From: Chiloscyllium plagiosum | Lineage: Eukaryota | Direction of reading: 5' to 3' | DNA length: 33,602 nucleotides | NCBI RefSeq assembly: GCF_004010195.1 | Contig: NW_025214356.1 | Span: 5,323-38,924, forward strand | Shown: piece after piece, positions 11,410 to 23,195 of the stretch | Layout: the number at the start of each line of letters is the position of its first letter | Numbering within the stretch: position 1 is the stretch's first letter | The notes under the pieces: model-generated | What the model saw: the letters and a program-made list of their open reading frames with translations, nothing else | The model's database searches: none | Told to the model about the DNA's origin: nothing | Translations under genes and position numbers: made by a program

Positions 11410-11925
11410 AGGGTTCATGGAGATGCGCACAATCTCGACAGGGCCAGGATACAGAGAATGAAGGTGGCAAAACATTTCACCTTCCTCGATGATGTGCTCA
11501 TTCCGGGTCTCCTCCACCGCCTAAACAAGGCCACCCACAAACTGAAGGAAGCACATGTCATTTTTCATCTCGGTGATCTAGAAGCACATGGCCTCAACAT
11601 TGACTTCACCAGTTTCCAAATCTTCCTGCCCATCTCACATCCAACCCCTCTGACTTGGCACTATCCTATTGTTCTGCACAACATTTACATATTCCTTACC
11701 ACCTATCCGTTCCAACATCCCCAGGGACCTAACACAATCACCTTCTATCTATGTGCACCTATCGTAATCCAACCTACTTTTATACCGGCCCCAAACCTGG
11801 TATTCATTATTCAGTCCGTCCCTCTATTCCCCTGAACTGTTGAAGACCCCTGCCCGAAACGTCAACCCTCCTGGTCCTTGGGTGTTGCCTGACCTTCTAT
11901 GCGTTCCCAACGCCACATTTTATGG
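11410..11925 (+). mobile_element. Decayed Penelope-like element 3' end (GIY-YIG C-terminus, pyrimidine-rich UTR, degenerate hammerhead)
   Basis: ORF 11458 reads VAKHF..DDVLIPGLLH..ATHKLKEAHVIFHLGDLEAHGLNIDFTSF, matching the vertebrate PLE GIY-YIG end (VAxHF...IFRLGTLxPxGLN). CTGTTGA..GCCC-GAAACGTC lies at ~11837-11863, followed by a GTTGCCTGACC tail. Confidence 0.8.
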
Positions 11926-13007
11926 TCCCTGCATCATCACCAAGAAATTGAAAATTAAGAACTGGTCAGTTCTCATCCTTTGCTGATTTTCGGCTGCAGT
12001 ATAATCTACTTGGAAAATTAAATGAACTCATTTGATACGTCAGGGTCTCCTGTAGTTAATAACTGTGAAAAACAAAAGACGGACAGAATCTGTGATGCCC
12101 ATGCGAGGCATTTCATTCATGACTCAAACAGTAACATGCACAAGCATACACTCAAATCCAGGACCGACCACATGCACTGACATACACACACACAATGTCA
12201 ACGATGCTTAGGAACACATGAATATTCGCACAGACACCACCGACAAACACACCCAGATGTTCATACAAACAGAGGTACATCTTCAGTCATGCATTGTAGA
12301 TCGTGTTGGATAAGTGATGTTTGAGCCTATTCCTTATGATCTTTACCTCAGCTGATGCCCGAGCTGAATCTTCATTGTTGACATCATTCGGATAGTAAAA
12401 TTGGCAAACCAGGGACCCAACCTCAACATTTACATAATAGCAATGACACGAAGATGGAAAGTTGAAGCATTTTTCCCAGATGCTCATAGATAGAAAAGGA
12501 CAAGAGGAGCCATGGAAAGCAACTGCGAAACAGAAGTAGAGCAACTTTATAAAATACGGTGGATAGCGGGAGCGGGAGATAATCCCAAGGTGTCTTCGAA
12601 TGTTAGATAGACATGTATTAACAAATTAGTGAGGCCAATTATTTAATCGGGGAGATAAGACTTGCAATTTTCACACAGTATACGCCCAAGGTTGGCAGTG
12701 AAGTGTTGGATGGTCTGATCGAGAGGTTTTTATATTGGTGCCAGAGTACTGGAGGGAAATCTCGAGGTCTGCTTCCAGGCAGTGTTTGAGGTTGGGTGAG
12801 ATTCAGTCACTGGTAGAGATGCACCAATAGGAACTGAGAAAAGGCTGATTTGAGAAATGTGGAAAACGCTTTCAGGTTTGGTTAACTGGAACATGGTATG
12901 GCAACGAGAGCTGGAAGCTCACTCACTCATACAATATACCCCTGGAAAGCGATATGTAATCAGAAAGGAAAGTCACAGCAGATCTTTGCGCTGAACTGGG
13001 AAACCAA

Positions 13008-15070
13008 TCTGAAGCCCATCTAACCAACATTATTCTATTGTCATCCATTGTTTATCCAATGACTGTTAAACGCCCCAAACGTTGGAGTGTGGACCACTGT
13101 TGGAGGGAAGGCGTTCCAGGCCCTTACTATTCTCTGACTAAAACACCTACTTTTCACATCTGTCCTCCGTCAATCTTCCCTCAATTTCCAAACTATGTCC
13201 CCTCGTGCTAGCCATCCCCAATCGAGGAAAAGCACTCTCACTATCCAACTTATCCATCCTCTCACCATCTTATATGTCTCAATTACATCACCTTGCAACA
13301 TTCTCTCTAACGAAAGCAGCCTCAAAGACATCAGCCTTTCATCTTAAGACCTCCTGGCAACAAACTGGTAAATGTCTTCTGCGCCCTTTCCAAATTTTCC
13401 ACATCATTCCTCTCATGCAGTGACCAAAACTGTATGCAGTGCTCCAAGTGCAACTGCACCAATGATTCGTAAAGCAACATGACCTGATGGCATCGAAACT
13501 CAATCGCTCTACCAATAAAAGCGAACACACCATACAATATCATGGTATCCCTATCAAATTGTGTGGCATCTATCAGGGATATATGGGCATGCACACTGAA
13601 ATCTCTCTGCCCATCCACACTGCTAAGTATATTACCATGCACACTTTTCCGCCTTAAGCTCCATTTGCAATCTGTCAGCCGAGCTCTGCAGCTTATCTGT
13701 GTCGGTCTGGAATCTGCAACATCCTATCGGCACTGACCACAACTCCAATGACTTTAGTGTCATCCGAAAATTCATTAACCCATCTTTCTACGCTCTCATT
13801 CAGTTCCTTCAAAACAACTGAAAAACAGCACTGTCCCAAAACAGATCCTTGCGGTATACCGGTAGAAAATGAACATTTCCCATCAATGTCTTCTATCAGC
13901 CAGCCAATCTCTGATCCAAAGCGGTAAACCACCCTCAATCCTATGCCTCCATATTTTGTGCAACAGCGTACACCGGACACCTCATCAAACGCTTTATTGA
14001 AATTGTATACGCTGCATTAAAAACGTTACCCGCATCCCCTAATTTGTTCACCTTCTGAAACAACTCAATACCGTTTGTGAGGCACGATGTACCCTTTACA
14101 AAATCGTGCTGACAAGCAAGCCCTAATCAAATTGTTCCTGGCCAGATGATTAGAAATTCTATCTCTCGTAATCCTTTCCAACATTCCTCTCACAATTGAA
14201 GTAAGGTAATTTCCAGGGTTAACTCTACTTCCCTTCTTAAACAAGGGGCCAACATTTGCTCTCCTCCTGTCTTCTTGCATTATTCCTGTAGACGATGACG
14301 ATAGAAAGGTTAAAGCCAAATGTCCAGCTATCTCCTCCCTGACCCTCCAGAGAATACTTGAATGAATCCCATCCGGCCCAAGTGTCTTACTTATTTTCAC
14401 ATCTTACAAAATTGCTATCATCTCTTCCTTATTAACCTCAATCCCGCCTTGTCTAATATCCTTTATGTCAGTATTCTCCTTCGCAACATTACCCTTTTCC
14501 AGTGTGAGTAAGGACGAGAAATATTCATTTAATGCTTCTCACATTTCCTCGAACTCCCCACACAACGTCCCAGGACTATCCTTGACTGCCCCTAATCTAA
14601 ACCTTGTCATTCGTTTATCCCTGACGTAGCGATACAAAGACTTACGGGTTTTCATGAACTGACCTGCCAAAGATTCTCATGTCCCCTCATGTTTCTCCGT
14701 AGGTCTCTCATTAGGCCTTTCAGGCTAACTTGCAATTTTGAAGCGCCCTAACTGGGCCTTCACGTGTCATATATACTTAAGCCTCCTCTTCCTCTTGATA
14801 ACGTATTCAACTTCTTTAGTAAACTACGCCCCCCCCTCGCTCGACTCCTTCCTCCCTGTCTGACAGGCACTTACTTAACAACGCTCAGTACCTGTTCCTT
14901 TATCAAGCTCCACTTTTCAATGAAGTCCATACGGTTCACTTTATTTCACTAAATCTTGCCTAATTGCATCATAATTGCCTTATCCCCAGCTATGTCCCAT
15001 ACCCTGCGGTATATACCACTCCCTTTCCATCGCTTAAGGGAAAACAACCAAATTGTGGTCACTGTCACCG
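13008..15070 (-). mobile_element. Decayed CR1 LINE ORF2 (endonuclease end through RT to 3' end, internally deleted)
   Basis: Minus-strand motifs GDSDHNLVVF, GPDGIH..EEIAG..ANVGPLFKKGSRVNPGNY, GIPQGSVLG, FSDDTKVIGVV, LHLEHCIQFWS..LERAQKTFT. Confidence 0.9.
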
Positions 15071-15391
15071 ATTTGCTTACCTACATTCAAATCTCACACC
15101 TGGCCTGTTTCATTGTCCGATGACAGGCCTTGCCTGGCCTTTTCTATCTACATTAGAACCCTTCAACATGCTAGAGAAGACGTTGCAGGGGGACTGTCTG
15201 ATACTTTTTTATTGTCATTAGCCATGGGTGACGTCCCGGAAGACTGCAGGATAGCGAATTGTGCGCCCTTATTCAAGAAGGGCAGTAAGTAAAAGCCTGG
15301 GAAAGAAAGACGAGTAAGGCGAATATCCGTGATAGGTAGGTTACGTGAGAAGATTCTGAGATAAAATAAACATACATTTGGACATATATTC

Positions 15392-15811
15392 AAAGTTTGT
15401 GAGAAGATGTGTAGCTCGGGTGCTCGTTGTTGTGGTTCTGTTCGTCGAGCTGGGAATTTGTGTTGCAGACGTTTCGTCCCCTGTCTAGGTGACATCCTCT
15501 GTGCTTGGGAGCCTCCTGTGAAGCGCTTCTGTTATCTTTCCCTCGGCATTTGTTGTGGTTTGAATCTGCCACTTCCGTTTGTCAGTTCCAGCTGTCCGTT
15601 GCAATGGTCGGTATATTGGGTCCAGATCAATGTGCTTTTTGATTGAATCTGTGGATGAGTGCCATGCCTCTAGGAATTCCACGGCTGTTCTCTGTTTGGC
15701 TTGTCCTATAATAGTAGTGCTTTCCCAGTCGAATTCATGTTGATTGTCATCTGTGTGTGTGGATACTAAGGATAGTTGGTCGTGTCGTTTCGTGGCTAGT
15801 TGGTGTTCATG
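15392..15811 (-). mobile_element. 5'-truncated Penelope-like element (second family): GIY-YIG C-terminus plus hammerhead tail
   Basis: HEHQLATKRHDQLSLVSTHTDDNQHEFDWESTTIIGQAKQRTAVEFLEAWHSSTDSIKKHIDLDPIY in ORF 15485..16006; hammerhead-like motif at 15465-15504. Confidence 0.85.
15465..15504 (-). ncRNA. Minimal type I hammerhead motif with one core mutation (CAGAGGA for CUGAnGA)
   Basis: GCA-CAGAGGA-T-GTCACC-TAGACA-GGGGAC-GAAA-C-GTC-TGC: stem I GCA/TGC, stem II GTCACC/GGGGAC, palindromic ACGT stem III. Confidence 0.55.
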
Positions 15812-17047
15812 AACAGGAAGTTTTTTGATTAGTGTCCATATGGTAGGCTGCTCTGGAAAGTCAGTTCGTACGGAATCCAGAGGTGCTCGCAAATTGGGTA
15901 CACAACTGGCTTGATGGTAGAAAGCAGAGTGTAATAGTAGACGGATGTTTGCCTGACTGGAGGGCTGTGACTCGTAGAGTGCCTCATGGATCGGTACAGG
16001 GCACACTATTTTTTGTGATCTGTATCACTGATTTGGATGAGACTGGATATGGCGGGAGGAGTAAATTTTCAGTTGACACTAAAAGAGGCAGAACCATGGA
16101 GAGTGAAGAAAGTGACCGAAATTGCAGCAGCCCTTGATCTGCAGGGGAAGTGGACTGACAATTGGCAAATGGAGTTTGCTCCAGATAAACATGTGGTCTT
16201 GCATTTCGTGGAAAGTCACGTCAAGGTAGGATTTCATTATAAAGCGTAGGACCTTCAGGGGTGTCGTGAAACAGATGGACTTTGGAATTCAGGTCCATGA
16301 TTCTCTGAAAGTGAAGTCACAGATAGACACGGCAGTGAAGAAGGCTTACAGCACACTGGCCTTCATCGGCCAGGACATTGAGTATAGAAGTTGAGAAGTC
16401 ATGTGTCATTTGTACAGGACGTTGATGAGGCTGCACCTGAAGTATCCTGTTCAGTTTTGCTCACATTGCTATAGGAAGGATGTTACTAAACTGGAAAGAG
16501 TGCTAAATAAATTCACAAGGATGCTGCCAGGTCCCAATGATCTGATTTATAGGGAGAGATTGGGCAATTTAGGATATTTATGTTCAGAAGGCAACTGATG
16601 GGGTGTCGGACAGGATTTTGTAGAAGTGTATAAGACCTTGAGAGGAATGTATAGGGTGAATGTGCTCAGTCTTTTTCGCTCGGATGGGCAATTGCGGACG
16701 AGAAGGCATCAGTTTATGTTTAGAGCGGAAACAATAAAAGGGAAACTAAGGGGTAACGTGTTACACAGAGGATGGTATGGATATGGAGTGGAATGGATAG
16801 AACGAGCTGACAGCAGACGTGGTTGGAGCAGGTGCATTAACAATATTTAAAATGCATTTGAACCAATACATGGATAGGAAATGTTTCGGATGATATGGGC
16901 CAAGTCCAGGGAAATGGAGTTTATGATCATTAACATTTTGATTGTCGTGGACCAATTCAGGCAAAGGGCCTGTCTCCGTGCTGTAGGAGCTGAAAAATGT
17001 GTTGCTGGAAAAGCGCAGCAGGTCAGGCTGCATCCAAGGAGCAGGAG

Positions 17048-17084
17048 AATCGACATTTAGGGCATAAGCCCTTCTTCAGGAATG
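17048..17084 (-). ncRNA. Degenerate hammerhead motif (perfect stem II, GAAA mutated to TAAA)
   Basis: Minus strand reads CATTC-CTGAAGA-A-GGGC-TTAT-GCCC-TAAA-T-GTC-GATT. Confidence 0.45.
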
Positions 17085-17730
17085 AGGTGAGTATGCCAAA
17101 GCGGCTAAGATAAAAGATAGGGAAGAGGGACTTGGGGGAGGGGCATTGGGAATGCGATAGGTGGAAGGAGGTAAAGGTGAGAGTGATAGGCCGGAGAGGG
17201 ATGGGGGCGGAGGGGTCGGGAAGAAGATTTCTGGTAACTGGGGGGGCGTGCAGTGAGAGAGAGACTCATTGAAAGCCTTGTAGAGGGAGGACGAGAGCTT
17301 CTTCAAGGAAGGAATCCTTGCAAGAGGATACGCAATAGGTTAAAATCAACTGGGAGAAAGTGAGAACTGCAGATACTGGAGATCAGAGCTGAAAAATGTG
17401 TTGTTCGAAAAGCGCAGCAGGTCAGGCAGCATCCAAGGAGCAGGAGAATCGACGTTTCTAACTTTCTCCGAGGTAAACCTACTGCGAATCCTCTTGCAAG
17501 GATGCCTTCCTTGAAGAAGCTCTCTTCCTCTCTCTACAAGGATTTCAGTGAGTCCCTCTCTCACTGCACCCCCCAGGTACCTGCAATCTTCTTCCCGACC
17601 TCTCCACCTCCGCCCCTTCTCCGCCCTATCACCCTCACCTTGACCTCCTTCCACCTATCGCATTCTCAACACCCCTTCCCCAAATCCCTCCTCCCTACCA
17701 TTTATCTTAGCCTGCTTGGCACACCCTACT

Positions 17731-17767
17731 CATTCCTGAAGAAGGGCTTATGTCCGAAACGTCGATT
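17731..17767 (+). ncRNA. Minimal type I hammerhead ribozyme motif, catalytic core intact
   Basis: CATTC-CTGAAGA(17736-42)-A-GGGC-TTAT-GTCC-GAAA(17756-59)-C-GTC(17761-63)-GATT. Stem II is 4 bp with one G.U, stem III is palindromic ACGT, and stem I is weak. Confidence 0.7.
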
Positions 17768-18729
17768 GTCCTGCTTCTTGGATGCAGCCTGACCTGCAGC
17801 GCTTTTCCAGCAATACATTTTTCGTCTCTGATCTCCAGCATCTGCAGTCCTCACTTTCTCCTCCGTGCTGTGGGAGTCCATGGCTCAATGAACCCAGATG
17901 TCTGGACTAAAGATAGGGACACTTACACGTCACCACCTCAAAAGACTGCCTATTATTGAGTTCTTCTAACACAGACTTAACGGCCACAAAGTTCGTTTCA
18001 GTCTCCCAGAGCTCAACAAAAGTTTCATTGTCTCACGGTAAAGATTGTAAAACATCCGGCATCTCATTCTGCCGTCCTGTTTTCCATATACAGGCTACAC
18101 AAAGCTGAATGTTTAATTATGAGTCTCCCACGCTGTAGACATTGAATCATTGCAGATAATACATATGATGCATGCTGCTGAATGTCCAAATCTCAGTTCT
18201 TCAACACTGTATATACTGTATTACTGTAGACATTGTGCAATGTCCATATTTTCGAGTGTCCAATTGTTAATCATCTGGAACTGTATGTATTTATCACTTC
18301 AGATGCTGTTCGACTGTGGACAGAACACATGATACATACTTCTCAGTATCCAAATATCAGCCATCCAACAAAGTAAACATTGTTTTGACATAGACAATCC
18401 AGCAACTAAAAAGTGTTCAGTGATCAAATATGACTGAATAATCTGTCTGATTACAATATAGTGATTTCATTGCGTCTCCGTCTTAATTAGAGAGTGGTGA
18501 ACAGGTTTCTGTTTGCTTTCCGAATTCCCACCTTGACCCGAGCGAACTATCCCCAGCCCCGCCCTGCAATCCCCCCACCACCACCACCCCACCCCACAAC
18601 CCCATTCTAGTCATGTTTTCGTAAAGGATTGTATGACTTGAAAGATTAAAGTTCTCACTGTCTGAACGGTGAAAATATCATTTAGGAAGGAGTGAACGAG
18701 AAAAATATTAAAGTAATGTCAGACACGAT

Positions 18730-19631
18730 GAGGAGTAGGTGGTTCTGCCTCTCAAACCTGCTCTGCTATTCAACAGGACCGTCTCTGTCCCAAAATTCCT
18801 CTCATCCACTATCTTGACTTTCTCTGTAACCCGTGATTCCCCGTTGGATCAATATTCTACCTATCTCAGTCTTAAATATAAACAAGGATTCTGGTTATCA
18901 TTACTCTCTGTGACACGGAGTTTCAAATATCATGAGAGACGACATTCCCTCTCATCTCTCTCTAAATTGGTGCTTATTGACTCTGACAGGCTGGTCTTGG
19001 TAAACCTCCTATCAGCATTTTCCCTGTTAAGCACGCTTCAGAATCATGCATATTTCTCGTGAGAGCATCTCTCATTCTCGTAAACTTCAGTCCATAGTTC
19101 GCAACAGACTTTGGTTTTCCATATGAGATATTCTCTTCAAACCTGGAAGCATCCTTCCGTGATCTGTCTCCAATGAAATTACATCTTTCCTTCCATAAGG
19201 GAGCAAACACTTTGCATAATTTTCCAGACGTTGCCTCCCCAGCATCTTGATCAGGTGCAGTCAGACTTCCCTGATGTGATACTTGAAAATCTTGAAATAA
19301 GAATGAACATTCCATTAGCCTTTCTGGATGCCTTTTGCCCCTCTGTGCCAGCGTTTTCTGCTTTGGGAACATTTCCTCACAAGTCCCATGATGTTGCAGT
19401 TTCCATCATGTAAAAAAAAAACGGTTCTTTTTTCCCCCTCCCAAAATAAATATCTTCAGGTCTTTCAATGTTATACAATATTAGTCAATTTTCTGCCCAC
19501 TGACTTGAACAATTAATATATTTCAATAAGCTGTTTCGATCATGCTCACAAGTTGCCATTCCACCGATCGTAAAGTCGTCTACAATTTTGGCGAGTGGAT
19601 GTTCACTTCCTTGCTCCAAGTCATTAATACC
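18730..19631 (-). mobile_element. Decayed CR1 3' portion (mirror of 6930-7830)
   Basis: INDLEQGSEHPLAKIVDDFTIGG in ORF 19485..19739. Confidence 0.7.
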
Positions 19632-20509
19632 GCGCTGATCCGAGTTTCTCAAGCTCTCCCCTCGTCTAGGATATGGTAACTGTGAAGATAAATTACCACC
19701 AGCTGTCTCCCAAGTCCGACGATATTGCTCCTTTAACACGGTTATCTTGTCATTGGTTAGGTTTGATTTCGAGCAGTCTGGCTGTTCAGAGCATGTCGCC
19801 AGTCAGTTTTGTGGCTCTTGTCAAAGAAACAGCTCCATGGAAGAACGTGTTCGATGCTGAATCTCTCTGCTCTCTCTCCGCCGTGGACCTATGTTTGATT
19901 TCATATTTTGTGCCAAGGCCGTGTTTATGAAGATTGTTGCAGTAATTTGCAACATCATTAAATTGGGATGATTTGTTCAGTTTTCAGATCGGTGAAATTA
20001 ATCTATATTCTGTAGCTATTCTTTATAGTTCATTCGATAATCTTGCAAATTAATTCTGTTTGGTTTCAAACTAAGTGGTGGGGCCAGCTCGAATATCCTC
20101 TCTGCATCTGCTTCAAACAATTAGCCAAGAAAGGGTCTCCTCTATTTCCTTGAAATATTTTGATGGGGTGCCTGGCCTGCTCCATGATATAATTATTAAA
20201 CATTTTTGTTGTGCGCATGTTATTTTGTTCGAAATGTCCTCTGAAACGGAACCAGTCATGATCCTGTCTGACCTTCTTTCTCAAGTTGCTTGGAATCAAA
20301 AATTTAGTGACTTCCTGCGTTGCTGCAAGCCATGTGGAAGGCAAATGATATGGCGGCATTCATTGCAAATGCAATGCAGTTCAGAAATCGGAATGACTCA
20401 CTGAAGTTATACAGGGCGATGGCGAGAACGTACTTGGAGTATTGTGTGTCGTTTGGTCTCACAACCCCAAAGACGATTTCACGCCATTGAATGCTCATCG
20501 AGACTGCAC

Positions 20510-20823
20510 TCCAAAAGATCGTGACTGTTCGCATCATCCTTACTCACATTTCCTGCCTTTTCCTCATAACTCTCGATTCCCCATCCTGACGAAACTTTGT
20601 CACAGCCTTAAATATACTGACCGAACCAACCTCCACATTTCTCTGCGGTAAAGAATTCCGAAGATTCAACTAGCTCTGAGACAAGAAATTCAAACTCAAT
20701 GGGTGACCCAGAATTCTGCGATGATGCCCCCGGTTCTAGGCTTTACCACTGGGGAAACTGCCTTTCTGCATCTACCTTTACACGCTCCTTAAAATCTTGG
20801 ATATTTCAATAATGTCGCCTCTT
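20510..20823 (-). mobile_element. CR1 3' end fragment (mirror of 5730-6050)
   Basis: Reverse complement of the left-arm fragment. Confidence 0.65.
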
Positions 20824-22449
20824 ACACTTTTAAAGTGCAATGAGTGTGGCCCAATCTACACTTTATAAACTCCCGCTCCAACCTGGGTTCAGCCTTGATA
20901 ACCTTCCAGTTTGCAATATTGGCAAGTCGGCTGAGAGTACATAGTTGTGGTCAGAAGTGTGGTCCATCCCTCAGGCATTCAAATGCTGTTCCAAAACCAG
21001 GGGTCTAATAGAAACAACACAGTTTTGCAGACCTCTTCCTCAGCTTCTCAGAGCACTGTCCCAGTCTCACACTGTCCTTCAGCTCTTAACTAACGATCTG
21101 AAATACTCGTTACGTCGCTGAGAAAGCTACTGCAGGAACTGTACAAAACGATGCACAGAACACAGCCAACGTATTGTGTGCACTTCTAGGCTATATTTCT
21201 AAGCCTACCAAAGCCTCTGATACATCTCACCCTCTGTTGGCAAACTACTGGAGGACGCCACAGTCCCTCTCAACCTTCACATTGATACTCACTGTGTGAA
21301 TTTGAGTTGGTTCTGTCAACATTAGGCGAAACCTACAGCACCATACAGAGTAAGTTGAACACAATTTGAGCTACCTGTACTGTTGTGGCTCCCAATAAAT
21401 TCTGGTTAAAACGGGGAGATATCAATTTGCATTGTTCTGGCCTTATGTAGGTCATTGAGAGCACAGGGGAAAGTTCCTACTTGCCACACTGCAGATATCA
21501 ATGAGCATTTCTTTCTCTTTTCATTCTCTCTACTCGTACAACGCTTTGCATGTATTTTCCTCAGAAGTTAATGCAGTGAAGCATTATGTTTGAATAATGT
21601 TCCTAGGTACTTGCCTGTACTTCTAATTATGTTGTGTACATTTCTGACATCGAAGAAGAAAAGGCGACATGCAATGCTGCAAAGCATCAGCATTTCCGAC
21701 CGGGGAGATGCCTCATCTCAGCAATTCAGCTTCTATTCTATGGTGTCAATCCAATAAACTGAGAACCATCGTTTATTTTCAGTGATGTGATTAAAAACTG
21801 TGTGACACTGGCAAGCGACGAGTTTCCGTGTCTCATTTCCCATTCAGATTAGTCACTTAACAGAGTGTCTGGGAAGAAGGAGGAGATCAGAAAATGGGTA
21901 AGGCGCATTGATGGCATTTTCACTGGAGGAGTTTAATTTAGTGCAGGGGGGGGCTTTGCTGAGGCCGCAGCTGGAGAACCATGTGTAATTATGGCCTCTG
22001 TACTGTAGGAAGGATTTGGATGCCTTGAAGAACGTGCAAAAAAAGGTTTACCGTTTAGTGATTGGAAACAGGTGGATTGTATTGACGATGTGACCTTTAT
22101 TCGGGTTGATAACTTGGGGAAGTCAAAGATTCCTGAATGAAAGATGTAGAGAGGGCATCCAAAGTCTCCACAGTTGAGAGACCTCCTCCGAGATGTCTGG
22201 CCACAGTCAGTATACTGTGCCAATGCAAGTAAAGAGGGAATTGAGGTACAAGCCCCTATGCAGTTATTTTGACCAGAATGTTGCCTGTTTTACAGTATAC
22301 CACTTGTCAGGAGAGGTTTTCCCTTGATTGTTGAAGGCTGGGTGCAGTCTGGCTAAAAATACCTCGAATTATGTGAACCGTGAATAGGTTACCCAGCTGG
22401 AGAGCTCGCCCAGGCTTGTTATGTCAAATACTGGTGGGTATTATTTATG

Positions 22450-22640
22450 TTGTGAGGGCAAATCTGGAAAGGAAATGCGTGAGGAAAGGGTTTTGCACGC
22501 AGAGTGGTAGGCGTCTGGATCACATTACCAGAGGCGATACTGGAAACAAATATGATGGCAATATTTTGACATACATATGACCAAGCAGAGAACAACGAGA
22601 TGTAGTCCATGTGCAGGCAGATGCAATTAATTTGGCCCAC
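22450..22640 (+). mobile_element. Old CR1-like 3' end fragment within the right-arm-only segment
   Basis: GTGAGGAAAGGGTTTTGCACGCAGAGTGGTAGGCGTCTGGATCACATTACCAGAG resembles the CR1 terminal RxxFFTQRVVxxWNxLP block. Confidence 0.5.
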
Positions 22641-22888
22641 ACATGCAGGAAGAAGAATAAATTCATTTAATGTGATTTCCCGTGTACTATTGAGCAACTT
22701 AGGTGTGAAGAGACACTGGATATGGCCAGCTTCTTTTGATTGCAGCAGAGAAGCTACTGAGAAGGCCTGTTTGAGGTGTATGAGGTCATGAGGGGCATGG
22801 AGACAGTGAAGAAAAAAAAACAGCTGCACACCACACTCGAGAGTTAATGACAAAGAGACACAATTTGTATTTGAAACGTAGCTGATGA

Positions 22889-23195
22889 TTTTATGTTATT
22901 TACAGATGACAGCGTCTCTGGTTAGGCAGCATTTATTGCCCATCTAAACACCACTTAGATGTCAACATCATTTCTATGGATCTGGTGCCAGATATAGACT
23001 ACGGATGGATAACACTTTCCTTCCCTAAAGGACATTGGTGAACCACTTGTGTTTTCCGAATCATTCTTATCATCAGCGTAAAAATTCCATATTCCTTTTA
23101 ATATTTGATTTCAAATTCCACTATCTGCCAGGGCGGGATTCAAACCCAGGTTCCCAGAACATCATCTGGGTTTCTGGATGAACATTCAAGCAAAG
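22889..23195 (-). mobile_element. Decayed tRNA-derived SINE (mirror of 4415-4720)
   Basis: Reverse complement of the left-arm SINE. Confidence 0.7.

Larger units (their letters stand above)
15160..16989 (+). mobile_element. Decayed CR1 LINE ORF2/3' end, interrupted by a Penelope-like insertion
   Basis: Motifs GDVPEDCRIANCAPLFKKGSK, LANWVHNWLDGRKQSVIVDG..VPHGSVQG, LYRTLMRLHLKYPVQFCS..KLERVLNKFTRMLPG. Tail GGGCCTGTCTCCGTGCTGTAG. Confidence 0.9.
16990..17860. mobile_element. Non-autonomous Penelope-derived/retrozyme-like cassette: ~1.2 tandem monomers on - followed by one monomer on +, bounded by a target-site duplication
   Basis: GAGCTGAAAAATGTGTTG at 16987 and 17386 (period 399), inverted monomer at ~17462-17860, flanking direct repeat CTCCGTGCTGTAGGAG (16974-16989) / CTCCGTGCTGTGGGAG (17861-17876). 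Confidence 0.85.

Noticed and set aside
13008..16989. Head-to-head CR1 pair as the palindrome centre or as a twin-primed single insertion
   Set aside because: The two CR1s overlap in homologous region yet are highly divergent from each other, so they are independent insertions.
17502..17792. ORF MPSLKKLSSSLYKDFSESLSHCTPQ as a host gene (also 9713..10003 and 17076..17306)
   Set aside because: It lies wholly within the repeated hammerhead monomer, and the frame diverges between copies.
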